64,000 nt of DNA. It comes from an uncultured bacterium. Its GTDB lineage: Bacteria; Acidobacteriota; Thermoanaerobaculia; Multivoradales; JAHZIX01. The position numbers were made by a program, and so were the translations under genes. How positions within the stretch are numbered: the stretch's first letter is position 1; each line of letters opens with the position of its first letter. The notes beneath the pieces were generated by a model, which worked only from the letters and a program-made list of their open reading frames with translations, searched no databases and was not told the origin of the DNA. The stretch lies in the NCBI GenBank assembly GCA_965368975.1, contig CBDUPA010000001.1, positions 736,001 through 800,000 of the forward strand, written 5' to 3'. This document shows positions 1 through 8,154 of the stretch, one piece after another.

Positions 1-1819
1 CTCCTGGGCTGCGCAAGTCGGGCCAGTTGCCGACAGCGGCACTGAACTGTCGATCTTCGTAGGCGAAAGCTCCCCGCGCTCCTTCGAGGAAGCGTATCTC
101 ACCGGTTTCGCGGTAGAGGTGCAGCAGGGCGAGCCCGACACCGGCATTGCCGTGGGAAAGCCCGAGCTGTGCTGGTCCGTCCTCGTCGTGAACGGCTGCA
201 TAGCGGCCAGGCCAGATCCAGCACCCGTCTGCGGTCTCCGCACTCTCGCACAGCTGATCGCCCAGGGCGAGCGCAGCGCGCCGCAGGCGCTTGAAACCAG
301 TGGCGTTATAGAGCTCCAGGAGCATTGGAATCGTGCCGCTGTCTCCGCTGATGAAGTCCACTGGTCGGTCTGCTTCTGGTGCGATGGCCTCTTCGAGGCT
401 AAAAGCATCCAAGTGCTGATCGACCTGTGCAGTGAGGTTGTCGTCCCCGAGTCGGTTTGCACAGTGCCGAGTTGCCCAGAGATGTCCGGCGAGCCCGCCA
501 AACGGACTCAGATCCTGAGCGCCTGGCTCGGCTCGTTCTGCCTGCCAGAGCGTCTGTTGGAGCAGGCCTAGCAAAGTATCTCGAAGCCGTTCCTCGCGGG
601 TCGCCAGGAAGAGTTCCGCAAGGAAGAGCGCAACGCCGGAAGTGCCATCGTGCATTTCGGCCGGAAGTGTGCAGACCGCGGCATATCCTCCCCAACCATC
701 GAGCTTCGAGGGAGAGCAACGGCTGAGCCAATTGCAGCGTCCTTGATACCAGTTGGCTTCTTGGCAAAGGTCGAGACCAATGCCGAGGGCACACTGAGAG
801 AGGCTTGCTGGAGAGGGCTTTCTGTGGGGTTCGTGTCTACGAGATGCGCGGCGGATTCCTGGTAAGGGGTAGCAAGCCTGAGATCGTGGCGCCCGGTACG
901 GCTTTGCCGGGTCCAGGCCGGCAGTGCGGAAAGCGGTATCAACGGTTTCTTCCTTGGGCTGGCCAGTTGTGAAGGCCTCTACGAGAGCTGAGGCGATCAA
1001 CTCGCATCGGTGTTCGCCGAAGCTCTCACCGCCGAGTGGCCCTTCGGCGACAGCCAGTCCGGGGGCCAGGGGCAAGGTGAAGCAGGGAGTTGCTTCATGA
1101 AGGCCATGTTCCACAGCCCGATAAAGTTCAGCGATAGCAAGAGCCACCGTGGCCCAACAGCCGGACTGCAGGTACAGAACGCCGGCATCGGCGCGTCCAT
1201 AAGCCGAGGGATCATCGGGTACCTTCGCCTTGAAGCTAATGCCGAGCGGGTCGAGTGTCTGGCAGAGCTGCTCTAGCCAGGTCGTGGCGCAGTCGGGATT
1301 CAGGTTCCAGTACAGGCGAAGTAGCCAGGGTGATTCTGAACTCGGTGAATCGGTGGTACCCAGAATGGAGTAGAAACCTGGGAGCCTGTTTGGGGCATCG
1401 CCTGGGATTCGAACCGAGATGGCGTCTCCTGGCTTCAGAGTTTCCTCGACATGACGGACATCGCTCAAAGGGCTGTGGAAGCGAATACCACCACGTTCAA
1501 CGATGCACCGCGCATCCGGGAGGATTTCTCTCAGTCTCCATCCGCTCTGCCAGCAGAACCTTCCTTCCTCGACCCGGAGAAGGTGCTGCCGAAAGAGTGC
1601 GGCCGAGTTGATCTCAGCAAGCGGGGCCATGACCGGAAGCTGCCGTGACCGCATGTAGACATGTTGGTAGAGGTGCCGAGTCAGAGATTCGACCAAGGAA
1701 CTGGACGGGGAACGGTGCAAGGTCTCGCCACACAGTCGGTAGCTGTTGCTGTCGATCAGGTCGATGGTTTCGACCGTGGTGCGAAGGTCGGTCGACCACT
1801 GTCGAGGGCCGAGAAACAT
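1..1819 (-). CDS. HopA1-family (LanY-like) lyase fused to LanC-like cyclase; 3' end runs off the window
   Basis: Not in the ORF track. Manual translation from ATG 1819 (just past the upstream kinase stop) stays open to base 1. N-half has HopA1 motifs RLYWNL, FKAKV, YGRADAGVLY, TPCFTLPLAPGLAVAE, ESFGEHRCELIA, GLDPAKPY. C-half has LanC motifs DGTSGVALFLAEL, DFISGDSG, GLSHGNAGVGLALL, NWPDLR. Confidence 0.85.
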   Translation of the reverse strand, partial: MFLGPRQWSTDLRTTVETIDLIDSNSYRLCGETLHRSPSSSLVESLTRHLYQHVYMRSRQLPVMAPLAEINSAALFRQHLLRVEEGRFCWQSGWRLREILPDARCIVERGGIRFHSPLSDVRHVEETLKPGDAISVRIPGDAPNRLPGFYSILGTTDSPSSESPWLLRLYWNLNPDCATTWLEQLCQTLDPLGISFKAKVPDDPSAYGRADAGVLYLQSGCWATVALAIAELYRAVEHGLHEATPCFTLPLAPGLAVAEGPLGGESFGEHRCELIASALVEAFTTGQPKEETVDTAFRTAGLDPAKPYRAPRSQACYPLPGIRRASRRHEPHRKPSPASLSQCALGIGLDLCQEANWYQGRCNWLSRCSPSKLDGWGGYAAVCTLPAEMHDGTSGVALFLAELFLATREERLRDTLLGLLQQTLWQAERAEPGAQDLSPFGGLAGHLWATRHCANRLGDDNLTAQVDQHLDAFSLEEAIAPEADRPVDFISGDSGTIPMLLELYNATGFKRLRRAALALGDQLCESAETADGCWIWPGRYAAVHDEDGPAQLGLSHGNAGVGLALLHLYRETGEIRFLEGARGAFAYEDRQFSAAVGNWPDLRSPG

Positions 1820-1823
1820 GAAG

Positions 1824-2954
1824 TCAGGCAGGGGGCGAGTCCTCCGCTGAGACAGGGGATTCCAGATCGTAGAGGTGGTGCGCCGCGTCGTCGGGATCCT
1901 TTAAGATATTCACTCCTAGCTGCGAGAGGAGAACCATGAGCGTGGTGTAGCCGGAGGCCCTGCGGCCGACCTCCTGTGCTGTTCCGAGTAACTGCACGCC
2001 AGAAAAGGCGACGGACCGCTGCAGGAGGTTTGCCGTTGCCTCCGTGGGTAACAGGGCGGCTTCCAGGTAGGCGTGCCAGAAGCCTTGGATCCATGGACGC
2101 ACCATTCTGAGTGGCATGCGAGCCGCCTGAGAGCGCTCAGCCGACTCGATGTCGGCTTCCATGGGCATGCTGGTGACCCAGAACCGCAAGAACTCGCGAA
2201 GGACGGCTCCGAGATCCCAAGCTGGATCCCCGAAGCGGGCCATCTCCCAATCCACGAGTCGCAGGGGCTGTTCGGTGTCGGCTATCCACAAGACGTTGTC
2301 GGATCGAATATCGCCGTGGATCAGCGTTTCATCCTGCCATCTGGATCGCCAGATCTCGAGAGGCTCCAGTAGCTCCACTTCTCCTTGAATGATGCGCAAC
2401 AAGTCCAACTGAGCTGGTCTCAGCTCGTTGCGGCGGGCCAGGTTTACTTTGGGAAACCAGAAGAGTCCGGGCGCACCCATGGGCAGCTTGGGTACGAAGC
2501 CGCCGAGGTCGAGCCTGCGGCGCCTCAGACCCCGGTGGACTCGGCCCAGGCTGCGGCCCAGGGCCTTGGCGATGGAGAGGCCTTGGGCAGACTCTTCGGT
2601 GCACGCCTGCAACCACGGTCGTGCGTTCCTGATCAGCTCTGCTGCCAGAACAGGATCAGGCGAGTCAGTCTTCTTTATCGCTGGTAACAGGGGCAGGAGG
2701 TCTCGGTGACCTGGAACTGCACCAAGGCATTGGTGCAGCCTTGCCTCGTACGCCAAAGGCGGGCCTTGCTCCGGTCTGCCAGAAGGTTTCTTGATCAGGT
2801 AGCCAGGTTGATTGGGAAACTCGACTCTCAAGCTTTGATTGAGCCGGAGAATCCAGGTGACACCCAGGCCATCGATCAGGTCTTTTTCGCGCAAGAAAGG
2901 ACACAACTCGAGGAGTTCTTTGCCCAGTTCTGACGGAGCTTCGAGGGGCTTCAC
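1824..2954 (-). CDS. APH/phosphotransferase-family kinase (class V lanthipeptide LanK-like)
   Basis: LIHGDIRSDN Brenner motif and LVDWEMARFGDPAWDLG; directly upstream of the HopA1-LanC gene; GTG start. Confidence 0.85.
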   Translation of the reverse strand: MKPLEAPSELGKELLELCPFLREKDLIDGLGVTWILRLNQSLRVEFPNQPGYLIKKPSGRPEQGPPLAYEARLHQCLGAVPGHRDLLPLLPAIKKTDSPDPVLAAELIRNARPWLQACTEESAQGLSIAKALGRSLGRVHRGLRRRRLDLGGFVPKLPMGAPGLFWFPKVNLARRNELRPAQLDLLRIIQGEVELLEPLEIWRSRWQDETLIHGDIRSDNVLWIADTEQPLRLVDWEMARFGDPAWDLGAVLREFLRFWVTSMPMEADIESAERSQAARMPLRMVRPWIQGFWHAYLEAALLPTEATANLLQRSVAFSGVQLLGTAQEVGRRASGYTTLMVLLSQLGVNILKDPDDAAHHLYDLESPVSAEDSPPA

Positions 2955-2975
2955 GCTTGCGGCCCGTTCCAGGTT

Positions 2976-3179
2976 TCAGGTGGCCGGCGAAGACGGCGAG
3001 CACCACTGAGGGTGACTATTTTGAAGCGTGCGTAAGGGGGGAAACCACACACAGTCTGGTGACGGCGAAGATCTGTCGTCTTCGGACTCGACTTCGGCTT
3101 GGGCCAAATAGGTGTCCGTAAGGTGACCCTTCAAGAAGTGGCTCGCGCGAGGGGACTGGCGGTGCTGTTTTTTGCGCAT
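2976..3179 (-). CDS. Putative RiPP (lanthipeptide) precursor peptide, 67 aa
   Basis: Strong RBS (GAGGAG 5 nt before ATG, overlapping the upstream stop). Leader-like N-half with an acidic stretch. C-terminal SSPSPDCVWFPPLRTLQNSHPQWCSPSSPAT has 2 Cys, 7 Ser, 2 Thr. Lies directly before the kinase and HopA1-LanC genes. Confidence 0.7.
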   Translation of the reverse strand: MRKKQHRQSPRASHFLKGHLTDTYLAQAEVESEDDRSSPSPDCVWFPPLRTLQNSHPQWCSPSSPAT

Positions 3180-3188
3180 ACGTTCTCC

Positions 3189-6100
3189 TCATAGGTTTCT
3201 GCATCCAACTGCTGGTGATCCCGCCGAGCGTACATATGTGGCGAGCTCATGATCGTCTACCAGAGTTTGGAACTGTTCGTCGGACCATTCGGCGTCGAGA
3301 AGCCGATGCACAATGGGTAACGCTTCTTCAATTCGCCCCAGCTCCAGCAGGGACTGAGCTCGAGTATCGAGAATCCGGCACTTCTCGGCTGGCAGTGCTT
3401 CCGCTAACTCGAGTGCTTTCTGCCAGCTGTTGCGAGCCAGATCCTCTTCGTCGCGTTGCTTCTGAATGCGACCAAGTTCGAGGTAGGTTCGAGCTGTCGC
3501 TTCCGTGTTTTGTGGATTCTCAGGCATATCCTGGAGAAGACGCAGGACCGTTCTTCCTTCTAGGAGAGCCAAATCCCATTTGCTCGCACTCTTATAGTGA
3601 TCCTGGAGAGCCGCATGCGACACAACTAGCCATAGTTGCAGGTGGGTGTAGGTCGGATGTTCATCTGCCACTTGTTTGAAGGTTTCACTGGCGCGGTGCA
3701 GGTAGGCCAGAGCTATCTCGGGCTGGTCCTCAAGTGCCGTGGCAAGGCCAACCCAGGTCTGTGCCAACGCTACAGGCCAAGTGTCCCGCAATGGGTCGAG
3801 TACGATCAGTTGTTGATAGAGGCGCTCGGCCTCTCGTAGTCTGTGGAGCGCGCTCGGCTTGTCAGCTGTAGCCAGATAGAGGTTTCCGAGATCGAGTTCG
3901 GTTATGGCCTGTGCTCTGAGCCAGGTGAGCTGTGTTGGATTGCCTTCCATCAGATTTCCGAGCCTTGTTCGTAACCTTTCAAGAGCACGTATTCCTTGTT
4001 GGAAATCGGACCGAGCCTGGTGGAGTGTTCCGAATAGTTGCAAGGTATCAACAAGCAGAGTTTCGGTTCGCCAGTTCGAAGTTGGCTCGAGTACAAGGTC
4101 TTCTGCAATCTGGAGCGCCTCCTCAGCATACTCCAAGCCCTGCTCGAAGTCTCCGATTCGGCAGTACAAGTGAGCGGTCTCCTGAAGATTCTGGCCTAGC
4201 AACAGGCGCCACTCGGTCGGCGCATCCTCCCTTCCTGCCAGTTGCCGCGCCAGCAGGCGAGAAGAGGCGAGACTGTCGAGTCCTTCCTGGGTTTTTTCCT
4301 GTCGAATCAGAACGGACGCAAGTCTAAGTCTTGCCCGGCTCAGGGCTCCTTGGACTCGGGCTTGGCTCGGATCTTTCTCATGTAGGGCCGCTAGGATGCG
4401 GACGGCTTTCTCATGTGCAGCTTGAGCCTGGTTGACATCCAGCCGCTCTTCTAAGACCCATCCGATGTTGAGATACGTGAGGGCGCGGCGAAGACTGTCC
4501 GCGGAGCTGAAGTCCGCCTGGGTTTGCGAGAAATGCTCCAAAGCTCTTTGAGCCACTTGATCCAGCAGGTCCAGGCGCCCCAGAGGTTCCAGATTTTCCT
4601 GCAGGTCGAAGAGCATGAAGTCGATCAACCCTTCCGCCTGCCGCCGCTGCTCTCCTTCGCGCTCCTTTGCCTGCATGGCCTGGAGCGCGAGGACAACGAC
4701 CACCACCAGGAAGATCGACGCCGTGACGGCAACTGCCTTGAGTCGTCGTCGGCGCCGGACCGCTTGCTGCGCAGCCCGCCTCGCTGCCCTTTCCGTTGCC
4801 CGTTCCGCCCGCCGTTGTTCCAGAGTGTACAGCTTCTCGGCAGCAATCAAGCCACTCGCCGGCCGCCGCTCCGGCCGGCCATCGACGAGCGTGCCAATGT
4901 CCTCGACCAGCAACTCCTCCTCGACATCCCGCTCCCAGCCGGAGGCCAAGGGCCGCTCGAAATCAGCCGCGACCAGTTGATAGAGCAGCACACCGAACGA
5001 GTAGAGATCCGCCTGGATCGTGGCCGGTCGGCCGGCAAGTAGCTCCGGTGCCATGTAGCCGAAGGTTCCCGCTCCGGAGTCCGTGGTCGGGGTTGCCGTC
5101 GCCGTGAAGCCGAGGGCAGTGAAATCTTGCCCTGCCAGCTGTTCTCGATCCGTCAGCAGTCCGATGCCAAAGTCGGTCAGGCGCGCGCGCGGGCGGCCAT
5201 CGCGGTCGCTGGTGATCAAGACGTTCTCGGGCTTGATGTCCTTGTGCAGCACGCCGACCGAGTGCGCCGCCGCCAGCGCCTCGGCGACTTCGGCGGCCAG
5301 TTCCAGGCGCACCTCGAGCGGTACTTGACTCAGGCCTCCTTGCTGCTCGGCCCAGCGCACCAGGCTGCCGCCCTCGGTGTACTCGGCCTCGACGAAGAAG
5401 GGAGCGCTGTCGAAATTCCAGTCCAGGATGCGCGCGATGTCGTCGCGCTGGCCCAGGGCTTCCTTGAGCAGGCGGAAGAGCGTCACCTCGCGCTTGAGCG
5501 CGCGCAGGCGCTCGGCCTCGAAGCAGAACTTGAAGACGCGCGCCTCGCCGGCTTTGTGGCGGGCCAGCCAGACCTCGCCGAAGCCACCTTCGCCGACGCG
5601 CTCTTCCAGCTTCCAGTGCGGTCGACCGGGAATGGGTTGACCACCGGCGGGGCGCCAGCCGAGCATGCGTTCTTCGCTGACGGACAGGGCCCGCCGGGCA
5701 TCGGTGCGTTCGGAGGGAGGTCGTAGGGCCGACAGCCCGTCGAGACCGACCTCGAACACGTCCAGAGGGGTTTCTCGGCCCCTGAGCAGGTAGCTGCCGT
5801 GCGCCAGCCAGCGAAGACTGCTCTTGCCGCCGTCTTCCGTGCCGTCGCGGGAGTCCGGATGGGCACGGCGCGCGAGGTCGAAGGCGGTACGGCTGAGCAG
5901 GATCTGGTTGCCAGCGGCGAGGTGTAAGAGCTGGCAGGCGGTTCCCTTCTCGCTACCTTCGACTTCCACCTCCGGTGCACCTTGCTGCCTCTCGGCAGAG
6001 GAGGGACGGTGCACCAGAACTTCCGCCGTGTGGATGGCGGCGCGGATCGGCAACTCGACCGCGAAGGTGGAGGCCACTTCGAGGATGGCCCGCTGGGTGG

Positions 6101-7361
6101 ACAAGGCGCAGGCGACAGCATCGGCGGGGCGTTCGAAGACGGCGAGCAGGCTGTCGGCTTTCTCGGCCACCGAGCCGCCGTACAGGGACACCAGGTCGCG
6201 CAGGCGCCGGTCGTACCGGCTCAGGAGGCTGGCCGCGGTGCCGTCGCCGTGGCGCTGGGGCAGGGCGGCGCGGTGGAGCAGTTCGACGTGGAGCAAGGTG
6301 CGAACGGCTGGAGTGCCGGTAGGAGGGGAGGGGAACCATTCGCCGGTCGCCTGCTCGCTCGTGGCGGGGTTGCCGTCGAGTTCGCCGTGGCTGGCGGAAG
6401 CCCGCCGCGTACCTGACGGCCGTGGCAGGGCAGAGGTGTCGGGCTGGAGGAGCACGCCAGGGCCAGTGCCGGCATCCGTGCCAGGGCCAGGGCCGCTTCG
6501 CAGTCGTTCCAGCGAAGCGGCCACCAGGCTGGCGTTGGCGGGGCGCTGGTGCGGGTCCTTGGCCAGCAGGGCCTCGACTAGCTGCAGCAGGTCGGCTGGC
6601 AGCCGCGGCTGCAATTGAGCTAGGGAAGTCGGAGGTTCTGCAGTGATGCGGCACAGGGTGTCGAGCAAGTTCGTCCCCTGGAAGGGGGGGCGACCGCTGA
6701 GCATCTGGTAGAGCAGGCTGCCGAGGGCGAAGAGGTCCGATCGGTGGTCGAGCGGACGGCCGCTGGCCTGCTCGGGAGACATTGCATGGACGGTGCCGAC
6801 CAGGGCTCCCGCTTCGGTCAGGGTCTGGGAGCCGATAGGGTCCTGGAGGAGCGGGTCTTGGGACGACGTGTCCCTGCGCCAGAGGCAGTGCACCAGGCCG
6901 AAGTCGAGGATCTTGGCATGTCCGGCGGCGGTCAGGCGGACGTTCTCGGGCTTCAGGTCTCGGTGGACGAAGCCGCGAGCGTGCGCCTCGGCCAGACCTT
7001 GGGCGATCTCCGTACCGAGACGTAACGTCTGGTCGAGGTCGAGGGGGCCGTCTGTCAGCAGATCGGCCAGGCTCGGCCCCTCGACGTACTCCATGACCAG
7101 GCAATCGCCGTCGTCGGTGGAAACGATGTCGAAGATCTGGACGATCGCCGGATGGTTGAGGCCCGCCACGGCCCGGGCTTCGCGCCGGAAGCGCTCACGT
7201 CGCCGCGGATCGACTTCCAGGTCTTCGCGGATGCGCTTGATGGCGACTTTCCGGTGCAGGCGCTCATCGCGCGCCAGGAAGACCTCTCCCATCCCTCCGA
7301 CGCCGAGCCTGGACTCGACGCGGTAGGAACCAAAGCTGAGTTCGACTGATGCTGTGGGCAT
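3189..7361 (-). CDS. Membrane receptor: two Hanks-type Ser/Thr kinase domains flanking a degenerate class III nucleotidyl cyclase-like domain, TM helix, C-terminal TPR region
   Basis: Kinase 1: GVGGMGEV, AIK, HRDLKPEN, DFG. Middle: TLLHVEL...EKADSLLAVF...AVACAL...IRAAIHTAEV, cyclase-like. Kinase 2: GEGGFGEVW, HKDIKPEN, DFG, APE. TM: AVAVTASIFLVVVVVLAL. Helical TPR-like C-terminus. Confidence 0.88.
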   Translation of the reverse strand: MPTASVELSFGSYRVESRLGVGGMGEVFLARDERLHRKVAIKRIREDLEVDPRRRERFRREARAVAGLNHPAIVQIFDIVSTDDGDCLVMEYVEGPSLADLLTDGPLDLDQTLRLGTEIAQGLAEAHARGFVHRDLKPENVRLTAAGHAKILDFGLVHCLWRRDTSSQDPLLQDPIGSQTLTEAGALVGTVHAMSPEQASGRPLDHRSDLFALGSLLYQMLSGRPPFQGTNLLDTLCRITAEPPTSLAQLQPRLPADLLQLVEALLAKDPHQRPANASLVAASLERLRSGPGPGTDAGTGPGVLLQPDTSALPRPSGTRRASASHGELDGNPATSEQATGEWFPSPPTGTPAVRTLLHVELLHRAALPQRHGDGTAASLLSRYDRRLRDLVSLYGGSVAEKADSLLAVFERPADAVACALSTQRAILEVASTFAVELPIRAAIHTAEVLVHRPSSAERQQGAPEVEVEGSEKGTACQLLHLAAGNQILLSRTAFDLARRAHPDSRDGTEDGGKSSLRWLAHGSYLLRGRETPLDVFEVGLDGLSALRPPSERTDARRALSVSEERMLGWRPAGGQPIPGRPHWKLEERVGEGGFGEVWLARHKAGEARVFKFCFEAERLRALKREVTLFRLLKEALGQRDDIARILDWNFDSAPFFVEAEYTEGGSLVRWAEQQGGLSQVPLEVRLELAAEVAEALAAAHSVGVLHKDIKPENVLITSDRDGRPRARLTDFGIGLLTDREQLAGQDFTALGFTATATPTTDSGAGTFGYMAPELLAGRPATIQADLYSFGVLLYQLVAADFERPLASGWERDVEEELLVEDIGTLVDGRPERRPASGLIAAEKLYTLEQRRAERATERAARRAAQQAVRRRRRLKAVAVTASIFLVVVVVLALQAMQAKEREGEQRRQAEGLIDFMLFDLQENLEPLGRLDLLDQVAQRALEHFSQTQADFSSADSLRRALTYLNIGWVLEERLDVNQAQAAHEKAVRILAALHEKDPSQARVQGALSRARLRLASVLIRQEKTQEGLDSLASSRLLARQLAGREDAPTEWRLLLGQNLQETAHLYCRIGDFEQGLEYAEEALQIAEDLVLEPTSNWRTETLLVDTLQLFGTLHQARSDFQQGIRALERLRTRLGNLMEGNPTQLTWLRAQAITELDLGNLYLATADKPSALHRLREAERLYQQLIVLDPLRDTWPVALAQTWVGLATALEDQPEIALAYLHRASETFKQVADEHPTYTHLQLWLVVSHAALQDHYKSASKWDLALLEGRTVLRLLQDMPENPQNTEATARTYLELGRIQKQRDEEDLARNSWQKALELAEALPAEKCRILDTRAQSLLELGRIEEALPIVHRLLDAEWSDEQFQTLVDDHELATYVRSAGSPAVGCRNL

Positions 7362-7391
7362 AGGTCTCCAGGTAAGGGGACTGAGAGAAGG

Positions 7392-8048
7392 TCAACTCGT
7401 GACTTGCTTGTTTCTTTCCGGCTTGCCTTTCTCCAGAGTGTGCAGCAGCCAGAGACGCGCGCTGCGCCACTCTCGCTTGACAGTGCGCGGTGAGATCTCG
7501 AGGGTATGTGCGGTCTCTTCGACGGTGAGACCAGCAAAGTAGCGCAGTTCGACGATACGGCTCTGCCGAGGAGCCAGTTGTGTCAGCTCGTGCAGGGCTC
7601 GGTCGAGATCGAGCAAGTCGACGGTGCGGTGCCGATGGCCCCCTGCGCTCCAAGCCTCATCGATCGGAATGATGGTGCAGTCGCCGCCATGCCGCATCGC
7701 TTGGTTGCGGCGGGCGTGGTTGATCAGGAGCCGCCGCATGGTGGTGCCCATGTAGGCGAAGAATTGCGCTCGGCACTGCCAGCTCAGCTCGCGCCCCCCC
7801 GTCAAGCGCAGATACGCCTCGTTCACCAGGGCGGTCGGCTGTAGCGTGTGGCCCCGACGCTGACGCTGTAGGTGGAAGGCGGCGAGTTGACGCAGGTCGT
7901 TGAGCACCAGTGGAAATACGTGCGCCAAGGCAGAAGCGTCCCCCCGAGCCCAGGCGTCGAGAAGCTGGGTGACCTCTCCGGACGGTGGCTCGGTGAAGGC
8001 GCGGCCTTCTTCGTTCGGCGGAGACTCCTGAGGAATGCTACCTACCAT
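7392..8048 (-). CDS. ECF sigma factor of the Ser/Thr-kinase-associated type (TIGR02999-like)
   Basis: EVTQLLDAW.RGD..AL, HTLQPTALVNEAYLRL, IVELRYFAGLTVEETA..LEISPRTVKREW; immediately upstream of a kinase gene. Confidence 0.92.
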   Translation of the reverse strand: MVGSIPQESPPNEEGRAFTEPPSGEVTQLLDAWARGDASALAHVFPLVLNDLRQLAAFHLQRQRRGHTLQPTALVNEAYLRLTGGRELSWQCRAQFFAYMGTTMRRLLINHARRNQAMRHGGDCTIIPIDEAWSAGGHRHRTVDLLDLDRALHELTQLAPRQSRIVELRYFAGLTVEETAHTLEISPRTVKREWRSARLWLLHTLEKGKPERNKQVTS

Positions 8049-8154
8049 TGTCCTCTCCTATCGTCCCTTGAGTAGATGTCGCTGCCGGGTGAAGCGCAGT
8101 AGGGCAGAGGACTGGACCATTGTCTTCCCTAGCGGCAAGGAAACTGAGGCGTAG

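Noticed and set aside
119-1939. Short ORFs listed by the track on both strands at the window start
   Set aside because: They are shadows of the continuous minus-strand HopA1-LanC frame (1819 to the edge) and the upstream kinase.
8111-8120. ACTGGACCAT shared with the promoter at 14890-14899
   Set aside because: A single 10-mer match is plausible by chance, and the palindrome is incomplete here.
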